A stretch of 64,000 nt of DNA. It comes from the human T2T-CHM13v2.0 reference genome, Homo sapiens. Below the pieces are notes generated by a model. That model did not search any database, was not told the DNA's origin, and was given only the letters and a program-made list of their open reading frames with translations. The position numbers and the translations under genes are program-made. The stretch lies in NCBI RefSeq assembly GCF_009914755.1, contig NC_060940.1. One strand, 5' to 3'. Shown one piece after another: positions 16,250 through 35,055 of this stretch (positions are counted from its first letter, which is position 1; the number at the start of each line of letters is the position of its first letter).

Positions 16250-16740
16250 TTCCAGCTCTGGCAAGGACTGCTTGTTGCTATGCCAACAACCATTCTCACC
16301 TTCCTCCTTTATAAAACGATGCCAGTTGTATTTAAGCGGCAATATTTCCCAGATTCTGTTGAATCTAGGTATGGCCAGGTGACTATGTTGTGGCCAACAA
16401 GATGTAACTAGAAGTGTTTATGGAGCTTTTGCAAAAACTCTTTGAAAAGAAAGTTATTTCTCCCCCTTTTCCCCCTTTATGACCAGACCTACAGCGTGGC
16501 ATGGATATCCACTGGCTGGCACACCAGAAGCCATGTTAGACTAAGAGGTGACTCAGGATGGCCATGCACTGGAGGTAGCAAAGCAGAGAGAAAGGAGTCT
16601 GCCTGATGACAGCCTACAGCCTCCATTACCAGGCCTGGGCCAATCACCTCTGGACTTTTTCTACATGAGAGAATAAACCATTATATGTTTAAATCTGTAT
16701 TGTTTCCAGCTTTTATATGGCAGGAAGAAGTCTTACTAAC
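16250..16740 (+). mobile_element. Old MaLR LTR fragment (MLT1-type)
   Basis: MLT1-like motifs (GGCCAGGTGACTATGTTGTGGCCAA; GAGAATAAACC). Confidence 0.55.
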
Positions 16741-17089
16741 TTCAACTGTTTAAAATTCTGTTCAGAGGCCTAGTGCCTAGTAGGTTATTCCCAGCCTGAG
16801 CCCTGAGCTGAGACTCATTACTAATGGCTTTCAAATCAGTGGGAAGCAAGTTTGGAAATGTGTTCATCATCGTTACTGGTAAATATTGATTAAGATTCCA
16901 CCCACGCCTTGGAGGCAGGAGGTGGTGTTAGCTTCTCTGCTAAGGTTTTATAACACAGAAATCTTCAAGTAGAGAAGTACTCTCTGCTATCCCAATTGGA
17001 AGAACCAAGGAGAATTTCATGGAGGGTTTTATTTTGGGGGCTAGGTCTTAAACAATAATTAGAATTTCCATCAGCATGGGAACACTTCC

Positions 17090-19068
17090 AAACTTGTTAT
17101 AAGGCCAGCGTCATCTGATATCAAAGCCATAGGCTTTGCAAATATATGCAACATATGCAAATCAACCAGTGTGATATACAACATTAACAAATGAGATAAA
17201 ACCCCATGATTATTGATGCAGAAAGAGCTTGTGACAAAATTCAACACGTAATTTATAATAGACATTGTCACTAAATTAGATACAGAAGGAACTTATCTCA
17301 GCACAATATATATTCATATATGAACAACCCATAGCTAACATCATATGGTGAAAGACTGAGAGCTTTTCCCCTAAGATCTGGAACATGACAAGGATGCTAC
17401 TTTCACCACTTCCATTCAATGTAGTTCTGGACATGCTAGGCAGAGCAATTAGGCAAGAAAAAAAAAGTCATCCAAATCAAAAGGAAGAAGTAAAACTATC
17501 CCTGTTTGCATACTTCATGATCTTATATATAGAAAACCCTAAAAGACTTCATAAAAATTGTTAGAACTAATTAATCAAAGTTTCAGGATATAAAAAATCA
17601 TTAGAAACAAATTCAGCAAAGTTACAGGATATAAAATCAACATACAAAAATCAGTTGTGTTTCTAAACACTAACAACAAATTATACTAAATGAAAATATG
17701 AAAACAATTCCAATTATGACAGCACCAAAAAGAATAAAATAGGAATAAACTTAATCAAGAAAGTAAAAGACTTGTACCCTAAAAACTATAAAACACTAAT
17801 AAGAGAAATTAAAGACATCCCATGTTCATGGATTGGAAGAGTTAATAATGTTAAAGTGGTCATACTATCCAAAGTTACTTATAGATTCAATGTAATCCCT
17901 ACTAAAATCCCATTGACATGTTTGTAGAAATACAAAAAGCAATTCTAAAATTTATATGAAATCACAAAAGACCCCAAATAGTCAAAGCAATTTTGAGCAA
18001 AAAGAACAAAGCTGGAGGCATCATACGTTCTGGTTTCAAAAAATATTACAAAGCTACAATAATTAAAACAACATGGTACTGGCATAAAAACAGACATATA
18101 GACCAATTGAATAGAATAGAGAGCCCAGAAATAAACCCATGCATATGTGGTTAACATATCTTTGACAAGGGTGCCAAGAACACACAATGGGGAAATGTTA
18201 GTCTCTTCAATAAGTGATGCTGGGAAAACTGGGTATCAACATACAAAAGAATGAAATTGAACCCTTATCTTACACTATACACAAAAATCAACTCAAAATG
18301 GATTAAACACTTAAATGTAAGACCTGAAACCTTAAAACTTCTAGAAGAAAAACATAGAGGGAAATATTCCTGATTTTGACCTTAGTAATAATTTCTTGGA
18401 TATGACAAGAAGCACAGACAACAAATGTAAATATAGAAAAGTGGGATTACATCAAACCAAAAGCTCTGCACACCAAAGCAAACAGTCAACAAAATGAGAA
18501 GGCAATGTAAAAAATGCGCAAAAATACTTGTAAACTGTGTATCTGACAAAGAGCTAATACTCAAAACGTATAACTCCTACAACTCAGTAGCAAAAAACAA
18601 AACAAAGAACTCAATTAAAAAGTGAACAAAGAAACTGAATAGACTTTTCTCCAAAGAAGATATACAAAAAGCCAATAGATGTAATGAAAAGGTGCTCAAC
18701 ATCACTAATCATCGGGGAATGCAAATCAAAACTACAATGAAATATGACCTCACACTTGTTAGCAAGTCTATCATCAAAATAAACAAATAACAAATATTGG
18801 TGAGGTTGTGCAGAAAAGGAAACCCTTGTACATGGTTTATGGGAATGTAAATTGGTGCAGTCACTACAAGAAACAATATGGGTTTTTCTCAAATATTAAA
18901 ACTAGAACTACCATATGATCCAGAAATCTTACTTCTGGTATACATCCAAAGAAAATAAAATCAGAATGTTGAAGAGATATCTGCACTCCCATTTTCATTG
19001 TGGCATTATTCACAATAGCAAAGGCATGGAAACAACCTAAATGTCCAATGACAGATGAATGGATAAAG

Positions 19069-19127
<59 letters not shown>

Positions 19128-19620
19128 CATATATATACATATATATATACATATATATACATATATACGTATATATATATACACACATATATATATACAC
19201 ATATATATATACACACACATATATATACACATATATATATATAAAATATCACTCAGCCTTAAAAAGAAGGAAATTCTGCCATTTGGGAAAACATGGATGA
19301 ACCTGGAGGGCACTATGCTAAGTGAAATAAGACAAAAACAGAAGGACAAATACTTACATGATGGACAACCACTTACACGATCAGTCTAAAATAGTCAAAC
19401 TCATGGAAACAGAGAGTAAAAAATAGTGGTTACCAGGGGATAGGGGGAGGAGGAAATGAGGAGATATTAGTCAAAGGGCATAAAGTTTCAGTTATACAAG
19501 ACGAACAAGTCCAAGGAACCTACTATCCAGCAGTGTCTACAGTTAACATGTACTGTACTGTGTACTGTAAAATCCACTAAGAAGATAGATCTTACGTTAA
19601 CTGTATTTATCACAATAATA
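17090..19620 (+). mobile_element. 5'-truncated L1 (L1MA-type) ORF2 end and 3' UTR
   Basis: Degenerate ORF2 peptides ([15 protein letters not shown]...[13 protein letters not shown]) and L1MA 3' UTR. Confidence 0.9.
19078..19242. repeat. (TA)n/(TACA)n compound microsatellite
   Basis: Directly visible. Confidence 0.97.
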
Positions 19621-19671
19621 ATAATAATTAATAGTGTGGGAAAATTTGGGTTTTTTTAAAAAAAGAATTTC

Positions 19672-21570
<1,899 letters not shown>

Positions 21571-23264
21571 AAAAAAAGAATTTCAACCAGCAAAAAGGGG
21601 TAAGGAGACCAGACAAAGCACCAGCACAGGCAAATAATCAATTTTGGAGTAAGATGGAGTAGCATGAGTTACAGACAGCTTCGGATGTTGTACCAGATTA
21701 TTCAGGCATTATTATGTAGAATTGTACCTCTGAGAAATTGAATAAGGGATCATTACTTTTTAAAAAAAAATGATTTCAAGTCATAATTGCTAAGAACTAC
21801 AGTCACAATTGCATAAAAATATATAGACTATAAATAGCTATACACATATAATATAGAGATTTCGTATATATAGTACACATAAGTTTTTTAAAAGATTGCA
21901 GTGAGTTAAAAATGGTTAACACTGATTGAAGATTTCTGGGTGTTCTTCATTCATTAGTTCTTTTTATCCCCATGACAACCCTTTAAGACAAGTATTGCTA
22001 TTATCCTTATTTTGCAGACAAGAACTGCAGTAACTTGCCCACGTTCTCACATTTAGTAAGAGGCAGTGCCAGGATTTGAAAATTGCCTGGGTCTGTTAAA
22101 CTCCAAAGTCCATCTCCTTAACCACCAAGCCCAACTCCTTACAAAACGATTCATACCAACATGTCAACAGTGGTTACTTATAGGTGGAGCGATCATAGGG
22201 AACTATTTTCTATTTTGTACTTTGTACTATTTTGTATCCTTTCCTAATTTTCTACAAGCAAGGTATATTACTTTATATTTATATTGTGAAACATACCACA
22301 TTTAGAAAGCAAGCATAAAGCATAAATTTATAGCTTAATATACCATAGAATAAACCCCATGGAACCATCGTCTATATCAGCACCCCAGGAGCCCTGTCTG
22401 ATCACAGCTCCCTCCCACGTAAAGATAACCGTTCTCACTGCCAAGTCGTCATGCCCTTGTCTTCCTTTAAAATCACCATCTAATCATGTATCTCAAAAAA
22501 ATGTAGGTTAATTCTGCTCATTTTGAACATTATATAAATGGAATAACATCGTCTGTGTTCTGTTGGGTCTGACACCTTTCTCTCAACATTATGTTTTTTA
22601 AGAATGTTATTTTCCTAATATAAAAAAATTCATTAGTGTTATAAAATATTTTAAATCTGGAATCACACAACGACCTCCTCAACCTGACTCAGTTGACACC
22701 TTCCCAGCTGTTACCTTCTAAGCAGGACCAATCCACCTTAAAACTAGAATTTGTTTCCTTTAAAAGTCATGGCCAGAGAAAAGAGGGGTCAGGACCCATA
22801 GCTGGCCCCCCTTTCCTGCTTGGGCCAGCTTGCCTTCCACCAGGCCAGCTCAGCCACCTGCCTGAAAGTGGATTATTCAATTCACTGCCACATTTTCTGA
22901 ATCACTACTTAACTCACCAATCATGGGTTTCTCTGCCCAGGGGGCACTATGACCTTTGGTGCAGAGGGAAGTGGCTGTGCTCCTTGGAGCTGCCCGCCTT
23001 CTTTCTTGGTGGACAACCCAAAATGCTTTCAACTTGAGGGTCTACAAAATGCACTCCCCACTTTCTTCTCTTCCTCCCTCTCCTCCTCCTCCTTTTCTTC
23101 TCTTTCTACAAGAAATTTTTTTTGATGGAAATTTTCAAACATACACTAAATTACAGAGAATAGTATAATGAACCCCCATGTAACCTCAACAATGATCAAC
23201 ACATTACGTCCTTTTTTCTCCTACACACCCACCCAATTATCCCCCATGCCTACTGGATTATTAT

Positions 23265-24079
23265 TTTCCAACTTTTATTTTAGATTCAGGGGGTGCCTGT
23301 GCACGCATGGGTTTAATGCATCATGCCGAGGTTTGGGCTATAAATGATCTCATCACCCGGGTACTGAGCATAGTACCCAACAGTTAGTTTTTCAACCCTG
23401 TAATTTTCCCTCCCCCATTTTTGAGTTGCCAGTATCTACTGTTGCCATCTTTATGTCCATGAGCACCCAGTGCTTAGCTCCCACTTATAAGTGAGAACAT
23501 GTAGTATTTGGTTTTCAGCCCCCGCATTAATTTGCTTAGGATAGTGGCCTCCAGCTCCATCCATGTTGCTGTAAAGGACATGATTTCATTCTTTTTTATG
23601 GCTGTGTAGTATTCCATGGTGTATATGTGCCACATTTTCTTCATTTAGTCTGCCATTGATGGGCACCTAGGTTGAGCATGTCTTTGCTATTGTGAGCAGT
23701 ACTGCAATGAACATTGCAGTGAGTGCATGTGTCTTTTTAGTAGAATAATTTGTTTCTTTTGGATACATACCCAATAATGTGACTGCTGGGCTGAATGGTA
23801 GTTCTATTTTAAGTCCTTTGAGAAATCTTTGTACTGCTTTCCACTGTGACGTTCCCACCGACAGTCTCACCAACATCTGTGGGGTTTTGTTTTTTTTCTT
23901 TCTTTGACTTTGTTATAATAGCTATTCTGATTGGTGTGATAGGGTATCTTATTGTGGTTTTGATTTTCGTTTCTCTGATGATTAGTGATGTGAAGTATTT
24001 TTTCATATGTTTGTTGGTTGCTTGCATGTCTTCTTTTGAGAAGTGTCTGTTCATGTCTTTTGCCCATTTTTTAACGGGC
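23265..24079 (-). mobile_element. L1PA/L1PB-type 3' fragment inserted in an older L1M
   Basis: L1 3' UTR and ORF2 end on - strand; degenerate TSD CCTACT(GG/AA)ATTATT at 23249 and 24080. Confidence 0.85.
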
Positions 24080-24939
24080 CCTACTAAATTATTTTGAAAC
24101 AAATCCAAGATGTGTCATTTGTGAATATGTCAGTATATATCTTAAAAATATAATGTACCACTTTAAGAACATATCCAAAATACAATTCTCATAATTCCTT
24201 AATTTCATCAAATATCAAATTGGCCTTCAATTTTTCTCCATCATTTTATAAATGTTTCAATATAGTTGTTGTATTCAAATCAAGTCCAAAATGAAGTCTA
24301 CACATTGCATATTGTTCAAACATCCTACTTTTGTAAGAAATGGTATTTGGAGACTATAAACTGGATTCTGGATTTCTCATCGCTATAGAGTTGGTCACTG
24401 CTTCTAGGACTTCTTGGGTTTACAGAACTAGAAAATACAAACGGTGTGTATGTGTGTGTTTGTGTGTGTATGTTTAAAACAGAAGCTACAGTGTAAGTTT
24501 AAGCAGATATTTCTAATTCAAAATTTAAATTACAGAACTTTTACTTGAACTCTTTAATTTTATATTTGCATCTCTTTTATGCTGAAAATCTTGGTTTCTA
24601 ATTACATCATTATCTACTTGCTTTATTTTACTATATGTCTGTGTGTGTGAAATAGTCTTGGAATAATAATGTTAATGTTATTTCCAATGATATTTTTACT
24701 GACAATAGTTGATTTTTAGTTCTTTTGTCCTCAGAATGTATTTCACTTCATATGCACAGTTAAATTACTGTGTTTTAAAAGTCATTTGAAATTATCTCTG
24801 TTTGTGTGCCTCCAACTGGACACACAATTAGGTTCGCTGTTTCACATTTCTTTTGGGGTTCAGGGATTGTTATTTTCATTTTTGAGTTAATTATGTTTTG
24901 TAATCATGGGAGTCAAATTTGCAGAAAAGGTACATTCCA

Positions 24940-25238
24940 GGCCAGGCACAGTGGCTCACGCCTGTAATCCCAGCACTTGGGGAGGCTGAGGCAGGTGGAT
25001 CACCTGAGGTCAGCAGTTCGAGACCAACTTCACCAACATGGTGAAACCCCGCATCTCTACTAAAATACAAAAATAAGCTGGATGTTGTGGCGCACGCCTG
25101 TAATCCCAGCTACTCAGGAGGCTGAGGCAGGAAAATCGCTTGAACCCAGGAAGCAGAGGTTGCAGTAAGCCAAGATCACGCCATTGCTCTCCAGCCTGGG
25201 CAACAGAGTGAGACTCTGTCTCGGAAAAAAAAAAAAAA
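24940..25238 (+). mobile_element. Alu (AluS-like)
   Basis: Full body and A tail. Confidence 0.92.
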
Positions 25239-25669
25239 GGGTACTTTCCAAGAAGTCTAGCCTCTGTCCCTGTTCCCTTCACCTGTTCCTTCCCTCTCCC
25301 GATAGATAACTAGTTTTTCAAAAATTATCATTATTATCATTATATCATCTGCTAACAGATATAAATATAAATAACATATAATAAATATAAATAAAATATA
25401 AAAATATGAACGAAAAGAGTCCTTTGCCAAATGGCAAAGAAAGGTTTCTGCTTTTAAACAGTAATCACGAAATGCTTTTAAGTGAACAGCATTGCTATGT
25501 TTCTTTTAAGATCTTTCCTCTGAATAATTTCTGAGTGTTCAGAGTCATTTACAAAAAGAGATAGGATTTACCTATTTAATGGATAAGGAAATAGGAAAAG
25601 AGAAAGAAATTTTCACAAAAGCACAGAGCAAATTCAGCCAAGATTCCAACTAGCTACTTTGCAGGCACT

Positions 25670-25810
25670 GATCCATCCAACAGCTAGCATGGGCCAGCCC
25701 CAACCTGCAGATACTCTGATTCTCTACGTCTGAAGTGAGGCCCAAGCACCTGTTTTGGCAAAGCTTCCCAGGTGATTCTGAGCAGCAGTCTGGTGGACAA
25801 ATCACTAGTA
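25670..25810. mobile_element. MER5-like hAT DNA transposon fragment
   Basis: CAGATACTCTGATTC...CCCAGGTGATTCTGA motifs. Confidence 0.6.
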
Positions 25811-27974
25811 TAAGCCAGTGACACCCAAGCAGGCCTCTTTTGGAGAATCTCAAGGCAGCTTGTTGTTGTGGGAGCAAATCTTGCATCCAAGACTGAGGAC
25901 TGCAAGAAACATGACCATATTTTTCTTTACTACAATTTAATCTGTTCTGATCTCTCATTGCACCAGAAAACACATGCCAAATCTTGGCCAAAGTGATGAC
26001 CCCCAACACCACTTCCCCACATACGCTTCTAAGTTCCCAGGAGCGTTGAGGGGTGGGGGTACAGGGAGATCTGATTCAGCCATCACCTCAGCCACCCTCA
26101 TTGCTGGGTCTCACAGAAGGCTGCTAAGTCATGGCTCATTCTGGCCATGGGGTCATTCAGTTTCCGCAGCTCCCTGGCCAGCTCTGATGCCATATCCATA
26201 GCACTGAACTCATCCCACCAGGCTACACCCTCAGAGGCCCTGACTGTTTAGATTGGATTTACCATACAACCCTTTCTTTTTCTGGAGCTCCACCCAGGAA
26301 ACGGGAAATGAGTCACCATGACTCTTAGATTCCACAAACTGACCTGAGGATTTTTGCCATATCCACCTGCTCTAACCTGGATTTGACCCAGGGAGCAAAG
26401 TGCAGGATCCTCTTCTCAATGAACCACTAACTTCTATACACTTGTTGCTTCTCCTTTCTACAGCCCAAGGAACCTTTATGTAGACTGGGCTAAAGTATCC
26501 TTGTTCTTAATTGGCCAATATCTCTCATTCTTTTTATTATATGTTATTTATATTTACATCTGTTAGTAGATGACATAATAATAATAATAATAACGCTACC
26601 AATAATCTATGCTACCAGTTCCTTTTGTTCCCCTTAAGGCCAGGATTTTGTATGCAAAATCTTGGAAGCATCACCCCTTTACCTTTGTTACCACATCCCT
26701 TACCAGGGCTACCATGTTGTGCAATTTCAGGAAGTATTGTGCACAAAGCCTGGGTGGACTTATTCAGTGCACAACCTGAACAGCTGTATGGGTATGCCCA
26801 GCTGTATGTGCTGCAGAAATGTTGACCACATAGCCACACACTCTGAATGGGGAAAATAAATTCCACTGGGGAAATAACATTAGTTAGTGCTTCAAAAGCA
26901 TTGTCCTGCCACTTAATAAAGCTCCAGATAGGGAGTCTGGAGGGTCATTTGGATGTTTGGAGCAAAATATTAAAAGTGAAAGTGACCTTCCTCTCCTCGT
27001 TTTTCTGTACCTCCTTGCCAATCTTATCACCTTGGTATACCAAAGAAAATCTCAGCCTGCCTCATCTGAGCCCCAAACAACCTGGGATCCAAGAGGATAA
27101 GCTGGAAATACCACAAATATGACCCATGAAAGCACTTAAGACCCCTGCCCAGAGAGAGGAAAGCACTGAGCGTTGCAATCATGGGGCACTTGGGCAAAGT
27201 CAGTTCTCATTGATGAGCTTCCAAACACCAGAATAATTCAAAAAGAGCCTCTTCAAAGATACCTGGTCTCTTGTCTGTCCCCAGTCCCCACGTTCTAAAA
27301 ATCAGCCAGTTACCATGGCAGCTGCTGTCCAATCAAAACGTTCCCATTTATAGAAACTGGCTGAAAACATTTGAATCTGATGGGGTCTGTCGCTGAGCAG
27401 AGGATGTCACTCCCCCAGACACAAAGGATGCTTTATCCAGAAACCATGGATAGCGCCTGGCCTGAGAGAGAGAGACTCCAGGTCCTGCCACCAATGCACT
27501 ATGAACAGGCATCCCACCCAGAAAACGTTCCTGCTGACACTGGTAGGGCCTATGTCATCATCATCCATTCATTCACTAGATAACATCAAGCACCTTCTCT
27601 GTGTCGAGCAAGGTACTGAGGTTAAATGGTGACGAATGCTGTGTTCCCGTGGTCACCAAGGCAATTTTGATGAGGAAGCTGATAAAAAAGCAGACAATGG
27701 CAACCCGGTGTGATTTAAATAATAATAATAATAATAATAATAAAATAAAAACCATGAGAGCAGATGTGTGGGAACTGTGGAGTCACCTGCCCAGGCATGG
27801 AGTCAAGGGTGTTTTCCTGGTGAAACCTGAGTCTTGAGGGCTGAGCAGGTGTTAGCTGGGATGGGGTGAGGAGTGCGTAGGAAGGAGGAAAGGGCCCCGG
27901 GCAAAGGCACGTATGAAAAAGCCCAGACAGGGAGAAGAGCATTCCATCCAAGTTACCTCAAGAGTAGCTCGGTT

Positions 27975-28333
<359 letters not shown>

Positions 28334-28789
28334 TCAAGAGGAACGCTGGGACAGAAAAAGGAAGGTCCCTCGCTTCTCTGCGGGCGTCTGGTTGCCTGGC
28401 TTCCATTTAAAGTGGAACAGCCCAGGAAGAGATTAGTTGAGAAGTAGCTAAGAGGAGGTTCTGTTTTGAGGGAGAAGGGGTAGTATCCTCAAGAAGAAAG
28501 GAACTAAGAGGGTAAGGGGTGGGGCACCGTGGCCACAGCCCCCCATTGCCTATTCAACCATGAGCTGGAGAAGCAATCAAACAGGACATCCCCCTCCCTC
28601 CCACCTCCTGTCTGCTCAGAGCATCTCTGCTGCCTAGATCTACAGGATCATGCCATGGCAACTTCCAGATCATTCCATCCAGCCCTTCTAGGGGATGAAT
28701 AACAGTTTATTGCACATGAACCCAGGAGTGGCACTGTGCTCAGTACTTCCCATGCAAAATCCATTCATTTCTAAAATCATGTTTGAGAG

Positions 28790-29395
<606 letters not shown>

Positions 29396-30711
29396 GAGAA
29401 TGATGGCTTTGTAGCCAGCTTAAAGAGTAACTAAACTTCTCCTTCAACAGGGGTCTCTGGATGGGGATGGAGGGGGGAGAACCCAACTACCAAATTGAAC
29501 ATTGTAGGAAATTATATTGATAGAGTCTTTGTGAGTGTGGAAAGTATTAGCAATAGGTACAGAGAAAACAAAGCAGATATTTAGTATTTAGTTGCTCCAG
29601 GGAAAAAAAAATTAAAGTCATGTTTGAGCACCTTCTATGCAACAGGCAATATAATTCAGATACTGCTGACATGGCCCTAGAAAAAAATAAACTCCTTGTC
29701 CTCAAGGATCTTATATTCTTGGGAAGGGGGGGATAGACAAAACCAAATAGATACGTAAGATGACAAGAGATTACAACTAGTCTAAGAAAAATAAAGCCCA
29801 GTAAAGTAATAGAGAATGATGGCAAGGGAAGAGGGTCAGAAAAGGGGTGATCTGAGCTGAGACCTGAGTGAGGGGAGGGAGAGAGCTACATGGAATCTGG
29901 AGGAAGAAGGTGTCACACTGTGGGAACAGCAAGTGCAAAGGTCCTGTGGCAGACAAGCCGCTGCCATGTTGCGTTGGTGAGGCTGGGGAGTAGGGACAAG
30001 GTGAGAGCTGGAGAACCAGGTCGGAGATGGGCCAGGCGGTCACATCAACCTCATAGCAACACGACAGGGTGGGGTACTGTTGTTCCCATATTACAGATGA
30101 AGAAACTGAGGTTCAGGAATATGCCCAGGGTCCCAAACCTTTGCTAGGCAGAGCTGGGATTCAAACCCAGCCACTTGATCTTTAATCATGTGCCTCTAAT
30201 TATTTCCTTAGAGTGTCTGTGCCAAGGAGCTATGGATAACTTAGAACAGATCAATAAGATTCCAACCTCCCGCAAAGTTCCCCTAAATCCCAGCAACTCC
30301 ACACCTAAAAATGTAAGAAGATCTTCAGGAACTTGAACAAAGATCTAGCTACTTTGTTTATAATAGCAAAATGACTGGAAACAACAGCTTCTCCTTAATA
30401 ATAGGCAACTGGAAAATAAAGTTATAATACACACATGCAAAGGATGAATCATGTATGGTCATTTTAAAAGACATTGTAGAAGAGTGTGCAACGACATGGA
30501 AAGATGGTCAAAATATGTCATTGAAACTAAGCAATACATATAGTACAATCTCATTTTTTGTAATAAATAATATGTAAATGTATGCAGAGGCAAAAGACTG
30601 GAAAAAAATAAACGAAAATGTTAAAAACGGCTAACCCAAGGAGTGGGATTGTGGGTGGTACATCTTGGTTTTGCTTAGCAATATTTTCTACAATGAATAT
30701 AAATTATTTTT

Positions 30712-31188
<477 letters not shown>

Positions 31189-31726
31189 TCACCTCCCTTC
31201 TCAACAAAGACTTCACGATGCAAAGCTGGGGCTTGGGAGGGTGCAGGATCGCAGCAGAAGCTTCGGTGGCACATCAGCAGGAGTGCCAGAGCTTCAGGGT
31301 AATTAGCACTAGACTTGTCAAAGGGCCTGGTGCTATTTTTAAAATCTTTCCAACACATTTGGTTTCATAAAGGATTCCAGGAGTTCTCAGTCCACCCAGT
31401 GCTCTAGGAAGGCAAATGAACCAATTAATAATTTAGTGGAAATTACCCAGAGCTTTAGGGGAAGATGCGTTCACCCCCTCATATATTTGCTACCCTTCCT
31501 TCTAATTAAGCCAGTCAGAACTTTCTCACCTGCAGCATTGTTTCTTTCATCATTGGAGACACCTGGAGCCACTCACGGACCACAGCGTACTAAACCCCTG
31601 CTGCAGGTGGCATTTCAGCAGAGGAGCTTCCGAGCCAATCTGTGGCCCTGCTGCTCACCAGTGTGTGACCTTGGGTGGGCTATTTCACCTTTAGAGCACT
31701 AAGCTTCCAGGGGTGTTGTCTTCAGT

Positions 31727-32361
<635 letters not shown>

Positions 32362-33869
32362 TGAGATGAGGATTTGGGTATAAACGACTTACCAAGCAAG
32401 TGCGACCAGGAGACGCCAAGGAGAAAGCAAGGGAGGCAGGACAGTGAAAGAAAAGAGGCCACCAAAGGTGTGATATCAGGCAAAGTCCTGCCCCAGCCTG
32501 CTCCTGTGGGAGACCTTCTGGGTCCCGTGCAGGTGAAGTGACTCAGGCAGGCCCTGAAGAGGCAGCAGGTGTGAGCTGGGAGGAGCAAAAGCCACGGAAG
32601 CTCAGTGGGGAGGCCCAGAACGTGTAACCGGGATTGCAGGGGATCCGGGCAGAACTCTGATGGGCTGGCTTCAGCTGTTAATCACTCCTCCAATTTATGA
32701 CGCTTTTACAGGGACAAGGTCTTGGGCCAACATACATTCGCTTGTTTACTCCTTGCCACAGCCTTAGGGGTGGGAAGTATCTGAGGCCCACTTTGCAGCT
32801 GGGAATGAAATGAGATCACCCAGACAAGTACTCAGCCCAGCACCAACCCCATAGAAAGCACTCACTAAGAGGAAGCTGGATGTGTCTGGAAGCTGGTTGT
32901 GTACTGAGTTTGGGGTCACAGGGGTCATTGGGGTATCTAGCATGTAACTAGCAGGAACTTCTAACAGAGCCCTCGTCAGTCATCCTATCGGGGAGGTCAG
33001 AGAAGGAGGCTCTGGGGAATCTTGAAGGAGGGGTGGGAGTTGCCAAGTTGGGGAAAGAGATTTTTCCAACACAGGTCACAGCAACACAAAAGCTAGGCGG
33101 TGGGAAACAATGGGCACATTCCGGCAGCCTCGAGGAGTTCCGCGGAGGTGGAGTGAAGACTGAGAGGGGTGGTAGGGGGAGATGAGGCCGGGAGGAGGAG
33201 AGTACACCCTCAGGGATGGAGAGCCAACAAAGATTCTAAACGAGGAGTTCTGCAGTGAGACTGGCATTTTGGAACAATCGTCCTGGTTTTGGTTGAGAGC
33301 ACAACTTAGAGAACAGAGGCTAGAGGTGGCAGGCTGGAGTGACAGCCTACTGCAGCTGTCCAGCCAATTAAGCCCTGTTGGAAGAATGGCTGATGCCGCA
33401 GTCTATGTGATGCTGAACTGCGGTAGCCAGGCTGACCTGGCCCCAATCCCGGGCTGTGACTGACCTTCAGATGCAGGCAGCAGAGAGAAGAGGACAAAAG
33501 TGCACCGCTGGGGAAAGGCAAGCAGCTGGCACCCAGGGCACCAAAGACCCGCACAGTGAGCATCAAGGCCAGCAAGGGCACAAAGCCAGCTGTCACCTGT
33601 CCTCTGGGCCAAGCCAAGGGGGGCTGGCCTCCTGGCCACCTCCTTGGGGGAGCAGTACCCCCATTGTCATGACTTGTTCACAGATTCCCAGACCTCCCAG
33701 TGCTATCAAGGGAGGTTTGTACTAGAGGTTGATTTATTTGTTATTTTTTTAATTGTGCATTTTTATGGATTTAGGGATACAAGTGAAATTGTGTTAATGG
33801 AAATATTGCATAGTGGTAAAGTTTGCCTTTTTGTGTACTCATCACTCTATTTGCTTTTTTTCGATTTTT

Positions 33870-34167
33870 GATTCTTTTTTTTTAGAGACAGGGTCTCATT
33901 CTGTTGCCCAGGTTGGAGTGCAGTGGTGCAATCATAGCTCACTGCAGCCTCGAACCCCTGGGCTCAAGCGATCCTCTGCCTTAGCCTCCTGAGTGACTGC
34001 GACTATGGGTGTGCACCATCACGCCTAGTTCATTTAAAAAAATTTTTGTGTAAAGTTGGAGTCTTGCTATGTTGCCTAGGCTGGTCTTTAACTCCTGCCC
34101 TCAAGGGATGCTCTTGCCTCGGCCTTCCAAAGAGCTGAGATTACGGACACGAGCTCCCATGCCCAGC
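33870..34167 (-). mobile_element. Alu (AluJ-like)
   Basis: Poly-T plus Alu body. Confidence 0.88.
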
Positions 34168-34706
34168 CCATAGAAGCTTAGAGTTCACATCAAGAAGGAA
34201 GGCACCTTTTCTAACCTGCCCTTAGAGGTTCTGGGAGTCAATAATGTGGCTTGCATACTACCCATTCCCAGATGGTTCATCCCCACAGAATCTACTTCTC
34301 TATTTCCTCTGGTCCTGGGCCCTGAAGCATCCAAGCTTCCACCCTTTATAATTACAAATCACTCTCCCTCTGTGTGTGTGTGTGTTGCACATGTGCATGC
34401 ACACACGTACAATCAGATACATTCCACAGTTCCTCAAATGCCACCACTGAAAGATTTATTCCTATAGTCCAACCTCCTGGGACAAGGAGGGTGCAATACA
34501 TGAAGTCACCAACACCTTAGTGCGAATTTATTAATCAGATACTTCCCTCTGCATCAGCCAGATGTTAAGAAAATACCAATGATTCGAAGAGAAAGCTTAC
34601 TGAAAAGGTATGGAATTTTTGGCAGGGGTGGGGAGAGAGGGGACCGTAGGCAGGAGGGATGTGACTTTCCTTTCCACCCAATCTTGGTCAGCCCAATGCT
34701 CTTAGT

Positions 34707-34982
34707 CAGGAGTCAGCAAACTTCATCTGAAAATGGCCAGATAGTAAATGCTTTCAGCTTTGCAAGCCATAGAGTTTGTTGCAACCACTCAGCCTGCCAT
34801 TGTAGCACAAAAGTGACCAGAAACAATAAGCAAAGGGATGAGGGCAGCTGTGTTCCAAAACAACTTTATTTATGGACACTGCAATTTGGATTTCATATAA
34901 TGTTCACAAAGTATTATTCCTCTTTTGATTTTTTCCAGCCATTTACAAATGCAAAAGCCATTCTTAGCTTGCAGACCACACA

Positions 34983-35029
<47 letters not shown>

Positions 35030-35055
35030 TGGCTGGATCTGCCTGTGAGCCCTGA
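34707..35055. mobile_element. MER58B-like element containing (CA)n
   Basis: CAGGAGTCAGCAAAC start, GGCCAGATAGTAAAT; (CA)n at ~34978-35025. Confidence 0.7.
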